From NCBI GenBank assembly GCA_963799845.1, contig CAWCYI010000004.1, positions 1,856,001 to 1,920,000 on the forward strand: DNA of 64,000 bases. Reading direction: 5' to 3'. A model generated the notes under the pieces. It had not been told where the DNA came from. It ran no database searches and worked only from the letters and a program-made list of their open reading frames with translations. Of this stretch, positions 60,833 to 64,000 are shown in pieces (position 1 is the first letter of the stretch; each line of letters starts with the position of its first letter). Both the position numbers and the translations under genes were made by a program. The DNA comes from an uncultured Nitrososphaerota archaeon (GTDB lineage Archaea; Thermoproteota; Nitrososphaeria; Nitrososphaerales; CADDZS01).

Positions 60833-62789
60833 TCATGAGGAAAACACGTTTTTAGAGAGGCCCATCTTCTCGTCAATCTTGCGCCAAAGAGGATCTTTTC
60901 TGTATTCTTTGAAATATGGTAGACTGCCGAACATCAGGATTGAACTATCTCTTTCTGCGATTCCTTTTTCGATCCACCCGAATCCTTCCTCCTTGTTTCC
61001 CATCGCAAGCTCGACCAGACCAATTTGGACTGGTTTGACATATTCGTCGCGGGTTAGGGCTTTGACGTGATCAAGAATCTTCAATGCCCCGATCTTGTTC
61101 CCTGCTAGGGCGTACACATATGCAAGTTGCAATCTCGATGTGGGAGAATCGTCCAAGTCCGCGGACCTCTTTGCATCCTCGATCGCTGTATCAAACTCAG
61201 ACAGCAACGCATGAAGATTGGATTTCCAAAAGTACGCGGGTGAAAAATCTGGATTAAGCTCGATCAATTTATTGTATTCTCGCAATGATTCATCAGTCCT
61301 TCCAAGCATCGTTAGAATGTTTGCCATCATCATGTTGAAGACTCGTGAATAGGGATCTAGGTCGAGTGCCTGCCTCTCGGCTAGAAATGCTTCCTCGTGC
61401 CTCCTCAGGTAAACAAGCAATATTGAATACCAGTGGAAGGCGTTAGCGTAACTCGGCCTGAGTTCGATTGCACGCTTTAATTCATTTTCCGCGGAGGTGA
61501 ATTCCCAAAACATCTCCATCAGAGTGAAGCCAAGAGAAGCGTGAGCTTCAGCAAGAGTTTCGTCAATTCCCAGTGCTCTCGTAGAAAACTGCCGCGCAAG
61601 AGGCCCCGCCCGGTCGGGTTTCATCCAACCATAGTTCACTGAAGCCGCGTAACAATCGGCGATCCCCGAGTACCCGCTTGCAAAATTAGAATCGACCTTC
61701 ACTGCGTGTTCGAAATACTTCATTGCCTTGTTCACGCTCTCCTTAGTTCTCTCGTTCCAGTAAAATCGACCCTTCAGATAGAGCGTATAGGCTTCTGGGA
61801 CCGCGGCTAGTTTTTTGTTCAAGGTCGTTGCCTCTTGTGATTGCAGCTGGACCTTGAGCGCCTCAGCGACTGTCTTTGCGATGTCACTCTGGATAATGAA
61901 AACGTCTTCCAATTCCCTATCGTCAGCTTTCAGCCCAGACGTGATCACTTGACGCAGAGTCTATGAGCTGGACAGTGATTCGAAGTTTATCTCCGGCTTT
62001 TCTTACGCTGCCTTCAAGGACGCTACCCACTTCAAGCTCTTTCGCAATTTCAGCGATCTTCTTTTGCCCTCCCTTGTAACCCATCACCGACGTTCTGGCG
62101 ATCACCTTGAGACCGCCTATTCTTGACATCGTTGAGATCAATTCCTCGGTCATGCCGTCAGCGAAATACTCATTTTCAGGATCGGGACTTATGTTCGCAA
62201 AAGGGAGGACAGCGATCCGCCGTTTGTCGAAGACTTTCGTCGCTGTCTCGGAATATCCCGTGGTGGTCCATGGCATTATCATTTTGAAAATTTCAATTGG
62301 CACATTGACGTTCTTCAGTTGTTGTAGCCCGAGACTCTCCAGCCGAAGTTCGAATTTGTTGTTAACCTGATCGTAGACCTGACGAGTTAGACACACGCCA
62401 CCATCGTCGGCGAGGGATTCGATCCTCGATGCCACGTTGACGGCATCTCCTGATATGTCTCCCTGATATTCCACGACATCGCCTAAATGGATACCAACCC
62501 GGAGGTGGACTCGATTCTCTTGACGCAAGGAAATATTGAACTCCCTGACCGCGCGCTGAATATCGTAAGCGCACCTGACCCCGTCCAGGCCGCTTGGAAA
62601 CTCCACAAGGAACGCGTCCCCAATGGTTTTGACCTCTCTGCCGTTATGCCTCGTAAGTATCGGTCTGATTAGTTTCCTTTGTTCTTCTAAAAGCGCAAGA
62701 GAGAGCGATTCATTTCTTTGCCCGAGGACTGTATAGCCTGTCATGTCTGTAAACATGATTGCGGCGAGTTTACGCTCTCCTTGGGACAA
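60833..62789 (-). CDS. Class III adenylate/guanylate cyclase + TolB-like + TPR protein, paralog (frameshift ~61925)
   Basis: RKLAAIMFTDMTGYT, KTIGDAFL, DISGDAVNVASR, AVLPF...FADGMTEELI; TPRs in 60833..61948. Confidence 0.9.
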
Positions 62790-62885
62790 GGGTTCCTATA
62801 ACAAGAATAACTAGGCGTACATAAATCAATTTTGTGAGCGCTAGAAAGGTGCTGGGCTCGGCGAGACTGCACGACTCGTCATCGC

Positions 62886-63176
62886 ATGCCAATTGGAGCA
62901 AATAGTGATAGATGGTACGAGTCTGAGATACTCGATTCTGAAATAGAAGATCTGTCTCTTCAACAATGTAGTAAAACAGCATCAAGACATCTACGAATTA
63001 GGATACTGGGAAGGAGCAGCCTCGGCAACCACTTGGAGAAACTTGAACTTGCTGGATACATTCGGACGAAGGTCATCAATTCATTCGCTGGGAAAAGGCA
63101 GGTGTTTGAGATAACAGATAAGGGGCTTGAAGAATCTCGGATTTTGCTCGATAGAATTCGGAGTCTTGATATCTAA
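62886..63176 (+). pseudogene. Winged-HTH regulator remnant
   Basis: SSLGNHLEKLELAGYIRTK...FEITDKG C-terminal half; N-terminus not recognisable. Confidence 0.5.
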
Positions 63177-63544
63177 TGGTTGTTTGCTAGTAGGTAACTG
63201 CTCACGGCCCTTCCTTATCGAGATTTAGAATTTCAATCCCTTTGGACTCCCAATCCTCTTAGGTTCGGATCGTTGCAATCCGACATGATTCTGTTCGAGG
63301 TAGCATTTTACTAGTAAATTTCGGATGCAGAATAATTCTATGCGCGAAATGTGGGACCCCCGCACGAATTTCGCAAGGGCAACGCTTCATAAATCTATCA
63401 TTAGAAATAACATCACGGGTTCAACCAATAGATTCCCCACTTGCCCGGTCTCGAGTCTCTCGCCTTTGGCCGGGTTTGTGGGAAGATTATGATCTAAAAA
63501 AGGACTGCGAAATCCAAAATTAAAGCGCACGTGTCGAAGCACCT

Positions 63545-63763
63545 CTACGCAATGAGATGAAGGGCCAGAAGCTGGGCGACAAAGTGACCGGCAGCCTCTT
63601 CCGAGTTACGACCACAGCTTTTGCATCTGACACGATTTTTAATAGAAATATCCTCATGATACATTTCAAAATTCCTAAGCCTTCGGCAATTTGCATTCGA
63701 GCAATAGAATTGAATTACTGTCTCATTCAACATGGAATCATTTCTCTCAAACTGGAAGTTCAT
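63545..63763 (-). CDS. Small zinc-ribbon protein
   Basis: CSNANC...CKSCG. Confidence 0.55.
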   Translation of the reverse strand: MNFQFERNDSMLNETVIQFYCSNANCRRLRNFEMYHEDISIKNRVRCKSCGRNSEEAAGHFVAQLLALHLIA

Positions 63764-64000
63764 GAAGATTCGTGTTAAGGAAACAGCTCACGGATGAAGT
63801 GGATGGTTTGTTACTTCTTTTCATCCAGACTCGAACGGAAATCTGATGAGCTAGCGTCGCAGCGACAAATCGAAGGATCAGCAAACTATTATTAATTGAA
63901 CAGAGGTTTTTTTTGGACGTGGATGTACCCAAAGCGAAGCAGCGGATCAAGGTCATTGGCGGTACTATTTTCTGTTTTAGCTGTAAAGAGATGGCTGGGT

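Noticed and set aside
63433-63484. GC-rich hairpin considered as tRNA/ncRNA
   Set aside because: No cloverleaf or T-loop; a single hairpin is insufficient evidence

Overview
Archaeal chromosomal segment, most consistent with a soil-type Nitrososphaerota (Thaumarchaeota) lineage. The inference rests on TFB, Tfx, TrmB, MKYRS-type winged-HTH proteins, archaeal asparagine synthetase, GAPN-like ALDH, stand-alone receivers and TATA-type promoters. No rRNA, tRNA, CRISPR array or transposase was recognised. Part 1 (~0.5-33 kb) is a dense stress and signalling island. It holds homologues of bacterial general-stress proteins (YciF/DUF892, CsbD-like, DUF1328/YtjA, USP, two 'AEHI..SEE..RA..I..TV.K' microproteins) and several Zn-finger microproteins missed by the ORF track. 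It also holds 4 histidine kinases, 5 output-less receivers, 4 HTH_45-type wHTH regulators, a GvpD/KaiC-like ATPase, a WbqC plus PIG-L pair and a divergent TFB. Many island genes carry a 15-bp palindrome, TRGAA-nAWTn-TTCYA, 35-47 bp upstream of the start codon and just upstream of the TATA/BRE. This suggests an undescribed archaeal general-stress regulon. Part 2 (33-64 kb) is metabolic and accessory: asparagine synthetase, two class III cyclase-TolB-TPR genes, proline iminopeptidase, GAPN, two BNR/sialidase-like proteins, an MDR dehydrogenase, a TrmB locus, a Tfx-flanked Mo/W ABC transporter, a flippase, a PLP trans-sulfuration enzyme and a CADD/PqqC-like oxidase. The TrmB and Mo/W loci each have their own candidate palindromic operator. 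Numerous single-base frameshifts suggest uncorrected sequencing error and/or pseudogenisation. All family assignments come from reading motifs by eye, not from database searches.
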